Virus record (IMG/VR): IMGVR_UViG_2690315628_000002
Coordinates: 8,517-72,516 of that record
DNA from: a virus
Lineage: Duplodnaviria > Caudoviricetes
Reading direction: 5' to 3' (one strand)
Length of the DNA stretch: 64,000 nt
A model generated the notes under the pieces. The model ran no database searches, was not told where the DNA came from, and saw nothing but the letters and a program-made list of their open reading frames with translations. Below are positions 56,610-64,000 of this stretch, in pieces (position 1 is the first letter of the stretch; every line of letters starts with the position of its first letter). The translations under genes and the position numbers were made by a program.

Positions 56610-57083
56610 ATGAGCTTAGAAGCCGCCGTTACCGAACTGACTTCGTCCATCAACAAGCTGATCAATATTACCCAGGCGCTGCACGATCTCCGCGCCGACG
56701 CCATCGAGAAGACCACGGCAGCCGCCGCGACCGGGCCCAAGTCCACGACGAAAGCCGACAAGGCTGACAAGACTGCCGCCGACAAGGGTGCAATCAGCGA
56801 CAACCCTGACAACCGCGTCAATCCGATCGACGCGCTGACCGACGCCGCCAGCGATTATATCGGCGCCAGCGATCGCGAAGAAGAGCGCGCTGCTCGTAAG
56901 GAGAAGGTCAAAGCTCTTCTCAATCACGAAAAAATCCGTGATCCCAAGGTTGAAGCCGGCAAGGGCCTCTTCAGCACGATCCAGCCAGAAGCCCACGATC
57001 TCTTCAAGTCTCAGATCGCGAAGCTCAAGGAAAAGGGCGATATCACGACGCCGAAAAAGGCTGACGACGACCTCCTTGACTGA
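56610..57083 (+). CDS. Hypothetical protein (coiled coil, linker, C-terminal DDDLLD)
   Basis: GGAG SD; upstream of DUF2800 as in Chi-like phages. Confidence 0.7.
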   Translation: MSLEAAVTELTSSINKLINITQALHDLRADAIEKTTAAAATGPKSTTKADKADKTAADKGAISDNPDNRVNPIDALTDAASDYIGASDREEERAARKEKVKALLNHEKIRDPKVEAGKGLFSTIQPEAHDLFKSQIAKLKEKGDITTPKKADDDLLD

Positions 57084-57092
57084 TCCGACCCC

Positions 57093-57123
57093 AACGCTCT
57101 CCGACTTCGGTCGGGGGCGTTTC
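57093..57123 (+). terminator. C(UUCG)G hairpin, terminator or processing site
   Basis: AACGCtCTCCGAC-TTCG-GTCGGGGGCGTT followed by a short T-run. Confidence 0.6.
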
Positions 57124-57127
57124 GGCG

Positions 57128-57209
57128 GGAAGCGCAGAGCAGGACTGCAATGTTCTCCTCCTCCCGACAGAGTGGTCCAGGTTCCACCGCCTCCCATCTC
57201 TGCGCTTCC
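57128..57209 (+). ncRNA. Structured RNA with cuckoo-like CCUCCUCCC loop
   Basis: 12-bp closing stem GGAAGCGCAGAG/CTCTGCGCTTCC; inner hairpin with CCTCCTCCC at 57157-57165. Confidence 0.45.
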
Positions 57210-57235
57210 TCCCCAAATGCCTTCAGGAGAATGAC

Positions 57236-57427
57236 ATGCCTTCGCCCATTATGAAGTATTTCACGTTCGAGCACCTCCGCGACCCCGGTCTCAAGGAAGT
57301 CTCTCGCCAGTGCGCGTCGTTGGCGCGTGCGATGGAAGAGGAACTGCCCGACGGCCCGGAAAAATCGGCCGGCCTGCGCCATCTTCTCGAGGCGAAGGAT
57401 TGCTTCGTCCGCACCAAGATGGACTGA
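57236..57427 (+). CDS. Small helical-hairpin phage protein (possible nucleotide sponge)
   Basis: YFTFEHL..VSRQCASLA..LPDGPEKSAGLRHLLEAKDCFVR; AGGAG SD. Confidence 0.7.
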   Translation: MPSPIMKYFTFEHLRDPGLKEVSRQCASLARAMEEELPDGPEKSAGLRHLLEAKDCFVRTKMD

Positions 57428-57430
57428 TCC

Positions 57431-58729
57431 ATGAAGGCGCACGCTCGATTATCACCCTCATCGGCAGATCGGTGGATGACATGCACGGCCTCGGTCGCGC
57501 TGATCGACCACCTCGTTAGCAAGGGAGAGCTGAGCGAAAGTGATCTCGATGAGGATTGCGATGCGCCGGCCGTCGAGGATGAAGATGAGCAGGATTACTC
57601 CGCCTACGAAGGTGAGACGCTCGATCTGAACAGGGATTCCACCGCCTATTCGGCGGAAGGGACCGTTATGCATGAGATCAGGGAACACTGCCTTGATCTC
57701 GGATGCGATCCGCATCACTTCGTCGGAGCCACGCTGACCGCCGACGGTCATTCGTTCGAGATTGACGACCATATGGCCGATCGTCTGGTTGCCGGCATCG
57801 ACTGGATTCGCCAGCACACCAGCAATCCGTTGGTTGAGATACGCGTTGACCTGTCACGCTGGCTGCCCGGTCAGTTCGGAACCTGCGACACGGCGTTCTT
57901 GTACCGGAAAATGCTCGGCGTCAGCGACTACAAGGATGGGGCAGGGGAGCCGGTCGAAGTTGTCGGCACAAGGCAGCTCCGTCTCTATGCTCTCGGCGCT
58001 TGGGAGCATCTCGGTCGGCCGGAAGTTGAGGATGTGGTTCTCAATATCGACCAACCTCGCGCGGGCGGGATGAAGTTTTGGGAAATCACGCTCGACGAGC
58101 TGCTGGAGTTCGGCGAGGAAGTGAAGCGGGTATTCTCGCGTATCGAGCGCGGCGACGTGGAATTCGTTCCGTCGACAAAGGGCTGCCGCTGGTGCCCCGT
58201 GCGCAAGACGAAGCGTGGTTGCGCGGCGCGCAATCAGTGGCTCATGCAGATGTTCGGCAGTGCGCTGCTCGACCCGAGCGAGCCTGAGCCGAAGTTCAAG
58301 GATCCTGCGCAGATGCCGCGCGCGCTGCGCTTCTACATCGTCAATCATTCCAAGGCCGCGCGTGCCTGGCTCACCGAACTGCACCAGCAGTCGCTTCAGG
58401 CGGCGCTGGACGGCGACCCTGATCCCGGCTCCAAGGCGATCGATGGCGGACTCGGAAACAGATATTTCACCGCGCCTGCGGAGGCAGAGGTCATTCTGGT
58501 CGGCGCGTTGGGGGAGAAGGCTTACAAGCCCAAGCAGCTTATCGGGTTCACCGACATCGACAGGCTCATGAAGCCAGGTAAACGAAAAAAGGGCATGCCC
58601 GAACCGTGGGATGCTCTGCAGGAACTGGTCGACCGACCAGACGGGAAACCGAAACTGGTTCCCGTAGACCATCCAAAGCCGGCGTTAGAGGTCACGCCGA
58701 TTGCGGATCAGTTTGACGACCTCGACTAA
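57431..58729 (+). CDS. DUF2800 Cas4-like PD-(D/E)xK exonuclease
   Basis: HARLSPSSADRWMTC, AEGTVMH, FGTCD, DYKDG, QLRLYALG, CRWCP..C. Confidence 0.88.
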   Translation: MKAHARLSPSSADRWMTCTASVALIDHLVSKGELSESDLDEDCDAPAVEDEDEQDYSAYEGETLDLNRDSTAYSAEGTVMHEIREHCLDLGCDPHHFVGATLTADGHSFEIDDHMADRLVAGIDWIRQHTSNPLVEIRVDLSRWLPGQFGTCDTAFLYRKMLGVSDYKDGAGEPVEVVGTRQLRLYALGAWEHLGRPEVEDVVLNIDQPRAGGMKFWEITLDELLEFGEEVKRVFSRIERGDVEFVPSTKGCRWCPVRKTKRGCAARNQWLMQMFGSALLDPSEPEPKFKDPAQMPRALRFYIVNHSKAARAWLTELHQQSLQAALDGDPDPGSKAIDGGLGNRYFTAPAEAEVILVGALGEKAYKPKQLIGFTDIDRLMKPGKRKKGMPEPWDALQELVDRPDGKPKLVPVDHPKPALEVTPIADQFDDLD

Positions 58730-58774
58730 CCACAGCCGCTGCAACCGAACTACCGAGAAAAAGGAAACCGACAA

Positions 58775-59503
58775 ATGGCAATCGAAGAAAAGTCCGACGG
58801 TCGCACCGTCCAGTTGAAGCGCGTTCGCCTCTCCTTCACCGACTCCCTGAAGGACAAGAAGAAGACGAGCGACGATCCCAACGCGAAGCCGAAACACGGC
58901 TTGAACATCATCAACGAAAAGGATTCGCCTCACTATGAGGAGAACCAGAAGAAGATCATGTCGGCGATCCGCGCTGCCGGTGAAAAGCAGTGGAAGAACC
59001 CCGATGCCTACAAGGATATCATCGAAGATAATCCGAAGCGGCTCTGCTTTCGCAAGGGCGAGAAATTCAAGAACAAGGAAGGTAAGCCCTATGCCGGCTA
59101 CGAGGGCAATCACGCCTTTTCGGCGTCTGGTCCTTCGGCAGGCCAAAAGCGCCCGAAGCTGCTCGATCGTCGCAAGCGAGGTCTTCGTGACCAGGCCAGT
59201 GTGGAGCAGATCAAAGCCGACAAGGTGTTTGAGGAGGCTGAAATCCTCGACATCTTCTACGGTGGCGTTTACGCGGACGTGATCGTTTCGTTCTTCGGAA
59301 CGGACAAGGGTTCCCGCGGTATCTTCGCTTCTGCTGAAGCTATTCGCTCGCACGAGGAAGGCGAACGCATGGGCGGCGGTATCTACGTCGACGCAGACGA
59401 CTTCGACGATCTCGAAGAAGACGACAGCTTCGACAACGGTCCGTCGACCTCCTCCGAAAAAGAGACCAAGTCCTCGTCCGACAACGATCTCCTCGACTTC
59501 TGA
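58775..59503 (+). CDS. DUF2815 single-stranded DNA-binding protein
   Basis: [22 protein letters not shown] and acidic tail. Confidence 0.85.
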   Translation: MAIEEKSDGRTVQLKRVRLSFTDSLKDKKKTSDDPNAKPKHGLNIINEKDSPHYEENQKKIMSAIRAAGEKQWKNPDAYKDIIEDNPKRLCFRKGEKFKNKEGKPYAGYEGNHAFSASGPSAGQKRPKLLDRRKRGLRDQASVEQIKADKVFEEAEILDIFYGGVYADVIVSFFGTDKGSRGIFASAEAIRSHEEGERMGGGIYVDADDFDDLEEDDSFDNGPSTSSEKETKSSSDNDLLDF

Positions 59504-59567
59504 TCCAGCGGAGCTGGCGGCGTTTCTGCGTCGCCAGTTTCAACTTTCGAGAGGAATTTCTTGAGCC

Positions 59568-61028
59568 ATGGGTGCGAAGCCGTATGCCCTCTACAACGAA
59601 AACGACGAATACGCCGCAGATTGGCTCGAAAACCTTATTACCCTTGGAGTCATTGCGCCGGGCATTGTCGATCGACGAAGCGTCGAAGATTTGCGTGGGG
59701 ATGACCTTAGAGGATTTCGACAGGTTCATCTTTTCGCTGGCATCGGAGTGTGGAGTTACTCCCTCCGTCGCGCTGGCATCTCGGATGATACTGCAGTTTG
59801 GACTGGAAGCTGCCCCTGCCAACCTTTCTCCGCGGCAGGCAAAGGAGCAGGGATGGATGACGAGCGGCATTTATGGCCTGCGGTCCTCCATCTCCTCCGA
59901 GAGCGCCGCCCTGACATCTTTCTTGGAGAGCAGGTTGCAAGCTCTGACGGCCTCGGCTGGCTCGACCTTGTACAAACTGACCTGGAAGCGGCGGGCTACG
60001 CCATCGGGGCGGTCGATACCTGCTCTGCGGGCAGTGGCGCACCGCACATCCGGCAAAGACTCCGTTTCAGCGCCTACGATACTCGACCTGCTTCGAGTCG
60101 GCCAGCCGACCTGCCGATCCTCAGACGGAACCTCCGGTCCAGACTTTGCAGTTTCGAACCGGGAGAATGCAGGAGGATTGTCCCTTCCTACGACAGCACA
60201 ATTGTCGAACTGGGGAACTCCGACGGCGACGGAACCGGGCGGAACAGCAGAGGCGTACATCGCCAGATCGATCGAGAAGACAGGCAACCTTGCGCCGACG
60301 ATGTTAGCACATCAGGCACCGTTGGCGGGGTGGGGAACCCCGATGGCTCACGAAGCGCGACTTGGTTACCAGAATCGTTGGAACGGCAAGAGTGGCTCTC
60401 AGAAATCTCTGACGACAGAAGTTATCGACTACCTGGATGCTACGCGTGGGAACCCGAACCTAGCAGGCTGGCCCACGACGACGACGACGATCAACAACGG
60501 CAAAGGGGAAACACCAGAGGCGCGTCAGGCGAAGGGGTTCGGTCTGAACCTTGCGGATGCAACGAGCTTGACTGGATGGTCGACACCGACCGTGGCCGAG
60601 CGGGAGAGACGTCCAGAGGTCATAGAGAAGATTGCGCGAGCGCGTCTCGAGAAGCACGGACAGACGACGGTGCCGCTCTATCACTGCGAACAAGCCCAAC
60701 TTGTAGATTGGACGAAGGTGTCTTTGTTGGCCGAATTGAACGGCCCGGCCCGACTAACGGCTTTTGGCGAGATGCTGATTGGCTCTTTTGCCGAGATGGA
60801 AAGTGGCGGCCAGTTGAGCCCTGCACATTCCCGCTGGTTGATGGGGCTGCCTTCCGTTTGGGATCTGGCAGCGCCTTTGAAGGCAAGTCGCGCCAAGGGA
60901 TGCTCAAAGGTTACGGGAACGCCGTCGACGCGGAAGCGACGCGCGTCTTCATCGAGGCCTGTGCCGACTTCTTTGCTGATTTGGATGCTCGCCGCGTGAA
61001 GGCGGAATTGATCGGAGACCTGCTATGA
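59568..61028 (+). CDS. C5-cytosine DNA methyltransferase, alpha polypeptide (motifs I-VIII and X)
   Basis: [39 protein letters not shown]. Confidence 0.9.
   Translation: MGAKPYALYNENDEYAADWLENLITLGVIAPGIVDRRSVEDLRGDDLRGFRQVHLFAGIGVWSYSLRRAGISDDTAVWTGSCPCQPFSAAGKGAGMDDERHLWPAVLHLLRERRPDIFLGEQVASSDGLGWLDLVQTDLEAAGYAIGAVDTCSAGSGAPHIRQRLRFSAYDTRPASSRPADLPILRRNLRSRLCSFEPGECRRIVPSYDSTIVELGNSDGDGTGRNSRGVHRQIDREDRQPCADDVSTSGTVGGVGNPDGSRSATWLPESLERQEWLSEISDDRSYRLPGCYAWEPEPSRLAHDDDDDQQRQRGNTRGASGEGVRSEPCGCNELDWMVDTDRGRAGETSRGHREDCASASREARTDDGAALSLRTSPTCRLDEGVFVGRIERPGPTNGFWRDADWLFCRDGKWRPVEPCTFPLVDGAAFRLGSGSAFEGKSRQGMLKGYGNAVDAEATRVFIEACADFFADLDARRVKAELIGDLL
59857..60999 (+). CDS. C5-MTase beta polypeptide nested in the +1 frame (TRD-like repeats and motif IX)
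   Basis: AAGGAG SD 9 nt before ATG 59857; WGTP, WGTP, WPTT, WSTP repeats; [14 protein letters not shown]. Confidence 0.75.
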   Translation: MTSGIYGLRSSISSESAALTSFLESRLQALTASAGSTLYKLTWKRRATPSGRSIPALRAVAHRTSGKDSVSAPTILDLLRVGQPTCRSSDGTSGPDFAVSNRENAGGLSLPTTAQLSNWGTPTATEPGGTAEAYIARSIEKTGNLAPTMLAHQAPLAGWGTPMAHEARLGYQNRWNGKSGSQKSLTTEVIDYLDATRGNPNLAGWPTTTTTINNGKGETPEARQAKGFGLNLADATSLTGWSTPTVAERERRPEVIEKIARARLEKHGQTTVPLYHCEQAQLVDWTKVSLLAELNGPARLTAFGEMLIGSFAEMESGGQLSPAHSRWLMGLPSVWDLAAPLKASRAKGCSKVTGTPSTRKRRASSSRPVPTSLLIWMLAA

Positions 61029-61219
61029 GCCGCTTTTACTACGTTCATCCCGAGAGTGCGTGCGCCTTCTCCACGGAAGACCCTCCAGAGGTGGTTTTGG
61101 CATCCGGAGATGGCCTCTGCATGGAGGTTGACCGGCACGAATATCTGAAAAGCTGCATCGAGTGGGGAATCGAACCCGACCTCGAGCCCATCGCCGACCT
61201 GCTAGGAGACCTCCTGTGA
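61025..61219 (+). CDS. Small acidic hypothetical protein ending IADLLGDLL
   Basis: Coupled at both ends (ATGA, GTGA). Confidence 0.65.
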   Translation: MSRFYYVHPESACAFSTEDPPEVVLASGDGLCMEVDRHEYLKSCIEWGIEPDLEPIADLLGDLL

Positions 61220-61833
61220 AATTCACCGACCTCATGATTGACTTGGAAACCCTCGGAACTGCTGTGAACGCGCCCGTGGTTGCAATCGGCGCCGTTTTCT
61301 TCAATCCCGAAACCGGTGAACTGGGTGACACCTTTGATGCCGCGATCGATGTTGAAGACGCAATGCGCTACGGCAAGGCGTCAGGGTCAACGATTCGCTG
61401 GTGGCTCGGGCAGGGCGACGCGGCGCGCCAGAAGGTCGTGCGCGGCAAGCATCCGTCGCACCTCGTTTTCACGAAGTTCCACGAGTTCTGTCTGAAGCAC
61501 GGCGATAACGTGAAGCCTTGGGGCAACGGCGCTTCGTTCGACATCTCGATCCTCGAATATGCGTTCGGGCGGATCATTGAGCGGCCAGCCCCGTGGAAAT
61601 TCTGGAATGTCTGCGACTGTCGGACGATCAAGCGTCTCGCCGACGGGATTGTTGCATTCGACGAAAAGCTCGAGGGAACGGCACATACGGCACTCGACGA
61701 TGCCAAGCATCAGGCAAAGTGGGTTTCCGTATACTGGCAGGGTTTACGTCGTCAAGTTCATCCAACACATGAGGAGAGGCAAGCTCCGATGCCCGTCGTC
61801 AAGACATCATCGGACCTGCTCGACGGTCTTTGA
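61216..61833 (+). CDS. DEDD 3'-5' exonuclease (DUF5051-like)
   Basis: LMIDLETLG..AIGAVFF..WGNGASFD..HTALDDAKHQA. Confidence 0.88.
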   Translation: MKFTDLMIDLETLGTAVNAPVVAIGAVFFNPETGELGDTFDAAIDVEDAMRYGKASGSTIRWWLGQGDAARQKVVRGKHPSHLVFTKFHEFCLKHGDNVKPWGNGASFDISILEYAFGRIIERPAPWKFWNVCDCRTIKRLADGIVAFDEKLEGTAHTALDDAKHQAKWVSVYWQGLRRQVHPTHEERQAPMPVVKTSSDLLDGL

Positions 61834-63239
61834 TGTCCCTTCGTACCCGCTCAGCCTTGCGTGCCGGCCAACAGGCAATCAGTCGCATCGTCCGCACTGA
61901 AAAAGCGAAGCTGATCATCAGCGGCATGGGTTCGGGCAAGACCGGAGCCACGCTGGACGGATTAACCTATCTGTTGAATCGCTTCGACGTGGAGCACGTC
62001 CTCGTCATAGCGCCGCGCTATGTTGCCTTGAACACATGGCACGATGAGGTGAAGGCGTGGGCACACACGCAGGCGATTTCCTGTGCAATCGCCGTCGGCG
62101 ATGCCTCCGAGCGTGCCGCCGCTATCGCGCAGCGCGCCGAGATTACCACCATCAATCCCGAGAACCTGCCATGGCTGGCGAAGCATATCCGCACGGTCGA
62201 GAACTGGATTTGGGATACAGTCATCATCGACGAGTCCAGCCGCTTCAAGGCGGGTGAGGCCCGCACAAAAGCGACCAAGACGAAGCGCGCCGACGGAACT
62301 GTCCGTGCTTCGAAAGGTGGCAACATGACCCGGTTTGGTATCATGACGACGGCGCGCAGGAAGATCGAGCGCATATTCCTGTTGACCGGTACGCCAGCGC
62401 CGCAGGGTGTGATCGACCTGTGGGCGCAGTCATATCTTCTGGACCAAGGAAAGGCCCTCGGCCGCAGCAAGTCAGATTTCGAGAAAGAGTATTTTGACCG
62501 GGATCGCTACACGCATGCCGTGACGATAAAGCCGGGGGCGGAAGCAAAAATCCTGTCGAAGATTGAGCATCTCATCGTCACGATCCCGCAGGAGAAAGTG
62601 GCCGATGAACCACGGTTCATTCCGATGCCGGTCGATCTGCCAGCGAAAGCATTCGAGGAATACAAAGACTTCGAGCGCACGCTTTACACCGAGCCTTACG
62701 ACGTGGAGGCGGTTTCGAGTGGCGTCCTCGCGAACAAGCTCTTGCAATTTGCGAATGGCAGTCTTTACCGGGAAGATCGAAGTGTTGTTGAAATTCATGA
62801 CGCCAAGCTGGCGGCATTGGAAGAACTCGTCGACACCGCACACGGCGAAAACCTGCTCATTTTCTACAGCTTCAAATTCGACAAGGATAAAATCAAGACC
62901 CGGTATCCCGATGCTGTGGTCGCAAACGATTATAAGGGTGATCTTGTCGGCGACTGGAACAAGGGTAAGATCAGAAAGCTGCTGGCACACCCGGCATCGA
63001 TCGGACATGGCACCAATCTTCAATACGGCGGTCATATTGCCGCCTGGTATGGTCTGACGTTCTCCCTCGAGCTTTGGCAACAGGCGAACATGCGGCTACC
63101 GCGACCAGGCCAGACGAATCAGGTGTTGATTTACCCTATCATTGCTCGCGGAACTTACGATGAAAGGGCGCTCTCAGTCCTCAATCGTAAGGAGGCGACG
63201 CAGGATCACATCATTCGAACCTTTGCAATGAAACCTTGA
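61833..63239 (+). CDS. SNF2-family helicase
   Basis: GMGSGKT, IIDESS, LTGTP, KLLQFANG, HPASIGHGTNLQ, RLPRPGQ. Confidence 0.9.
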   Translation: MSLRTRSALRAGQQAISRIVRTEKAKLIISGMGSGKTGATLDGLTYLLNRFDVEHVLVIAPRYVALNTWHDEVKAWAHTQAISCAIAVGDASERAAAIAQRAEITTINPENLPWLAKHIRTVENWIWDTVIIDESSRFKAGEARTKATKTKRADGTVRASKGGNMTRFGIMTTARRKIERIFLLTGTPAPQGVIDLWAQSYLLDQGKALGRSKSDFEKEYFDRDRYTHAVTIKPGAEAKILSKIEHLIVTIPQEKVADEPRFIPMPVDLPAKAFEEYKDFERTLYTEPYDVEAVSSGVLANKLLQFANGSLYREDRSVVEIHDAKLAALEELVDTAHGENLLIFYSFKFDKDKIKTRYPDAVVANDYKGDLVGDWNKGKIRKLLAHPASIGHGTNLQYGGHIAAWYGLTFSLELWQQANMRLPRPGQTNQVLIYPIIARGTYDERALSVLNRKEATQDHIIRTFAMKP

Positions 63240-63259
63240 CTTTCACATTAGATGTGACA
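63236..63259 (+). promoter_or_regulatory. Repressor promoter with overlapping operator
   Basis: TTGACT at 63236 and TCAC-ATTAGAT-GTGA at 63243-57. Confidence 0.65.
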
Positions 63260-63319
63260 TTTCATGACGGTGAATCGGGCCCCTTGGGGTCTTGATATTC
63301 CGTTTTGAAAGGATTCATC

Positions 63320-64000
63320 GTGAGCGTTCCCTTCCGGACACCTGAGAAACAGGTGCATCCTGAGTTTGCCCGACGCCTGCTGCAGGCTGCCGACAGCAAT
63401 CCCCAGGTGCCGGCGCCAAACGAAGGTCGGCTCCGCTGGTTTGTTGAGCAGCTTGATCGCCGCGGCTACAAAACTTCGTTGGAGACCGTGCGAAAATGGC
63501 TTTCGGGCATGACAGTGCCACGGCAGAAGATGTACGTACCCCTCGCTGAGATCCTCAAGGTTGACGCGGGCTGGCTTGCTGCCGGCACACCAGCGAAGGC
63601 GACCGGTGCGCAACAGCGTGCAAACATCATGTCTGAGCAGGGTGCCGCTAACGTAGTTGCTGGCTTTATACAGATGGACGGCGGCCAGGTCGCGGTTCCT
63701 CAACCCGACGACCGTGCAGCGCACGATAAGTCTGTCGACATGCATGCAATCATTCGCGGTGCAAAATACGACCTCACGATAACGACTCTCGTTCAGGGTC
63801 AGTTTAGAATTCCCGTCAACGCATCTGAGAACATCATTCTTGCCGTCGCACGCGACCCAGACTCAAGCTTCGGCGTAAGGGTGCTGGAGATCGAGTGGGA
63901 TCGAGCACTGGAATCTGGAAAACTCGAAAACGGAGCAATCGTTTTGAGCGATGATCTTTCCCCTTGGAAGGAAATCAAGTCATTCACGGAGAGGCTGTGA
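63320..64000 (+). CDS. XRE-family HTH repressor candidate with no recognisable S24 peptidase domain
   Basis: FARRL..SLETVRKWLSGMTVP..LAEILKVDAGWLAAG; next to the inferred att; operator over its own promoter. Confidence 0.75.
   Translation: MSVPFRTPEKQVHPEFARRLLQAADSNPQVPAPNEGRLRWFVEQLDRRGYKTSLETVRKWLSGMTVPRQKMYVPLAEILKVDAGWLAAGTPAKATGAQQRANIMSEQGAANVVAGFIQMDGGQVAVPQPDDRAAHDKSVDMHAIIRGAKYDLTITTLVQGQFRIPVNASENIILAVARDPDSSFGVRVLEIEWDRALESGKLENGAIVLSDDLSPWKEIKSFTERL

Larger units (their letters stand above)
1..64000. mobile_element. Temperate siphophage/prophage (Chi-like layout, lambda-type head), probable Rhizobiaceae host; att sites probably just outside the window
   Basis: Continuous phage gene set from the integrase tail at the left edge to the repressor at the right edge, with an internal cos-like site as expected for an integrated cos phage. 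Confidence 0.9.

Noticed and set aside
8672-58672. Long antisense ORFs (e.g. 8672-9511, 19090-20124, 53777-54496, 57854-58672)
   Set aside because: Shadow frames of GC-rich real genes without motifs or RBS, unlike the MTase frame B, which has both.
57431-58729. CRISPR-associated Cas4
   Set aside because: Stand-alone DUF2800 phage nuclease in its usual SSB context; no cas1, cas2 or array.

Overview
Nearly complete (~64 kb) temperate siphophage, most likely an integrated prophage of a Rhizobiaceae-type alphaproteobacterium (inferred from a GapR homologue, GAAC-N7-GAAC LexA boxes and a cuckoo-type CCUCCUCCC element). The layout is Chi-like with a lambda-type head module. Left to right: 3' end of a P4-type integrase (1-93); VRR-NUC and a family B DNA polymerase (minus strand); AlpA; TerS, an inserted PAPS-reductase-like gene and GpA TerL; head and tail genes (6.8-27.5 kb); lysis cassette (27.7-29.9 kb); morons including a PIN protein (29.9-33.9 kb); a long leftward accessory and nucleotide-metabolism arm (33.9-52.8 kb: amino-MTase, GapR, DUF5664, MazG, HAD, ThyX, ParB, TAXI-like protein, DnaA-HTH, DUF853/HerA ATPase); a lambda-like cos and probable ori (53.1-53.6 kb); primase-helicase, Cro-like HTH, Cas4-like nuclease, SSB, a two-frame C5-MTase, exonuclease, SNF2 helicase; and an XRE repressor ending at 64000. 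Signals not explained by standard annotation: (1) a short peptide tag, (V/I)DL(S/T/D/A)DL(L/I/M) or ..DLL, mostly at the termini of about 17 unrelated replication, recombination, methylation and packaging proteins; (2) over 25 copies of a TTnCAC-N7-GTGnAA operator at gene junctions genome-wide; (3) two LexA-boxed, apparently leaderless small genes paired with a repressor lacking a recognisable peptidase domain; (4) a cos-proximal ~5 kb module ending in a membrane-anchored HerA-like ATPase, a terminator and oriented repeat arrays; (5) an overlapping-frame MTase subunit with tandem TRD-like repeats. All family calls come from motifs read by eye; no database searches were run.
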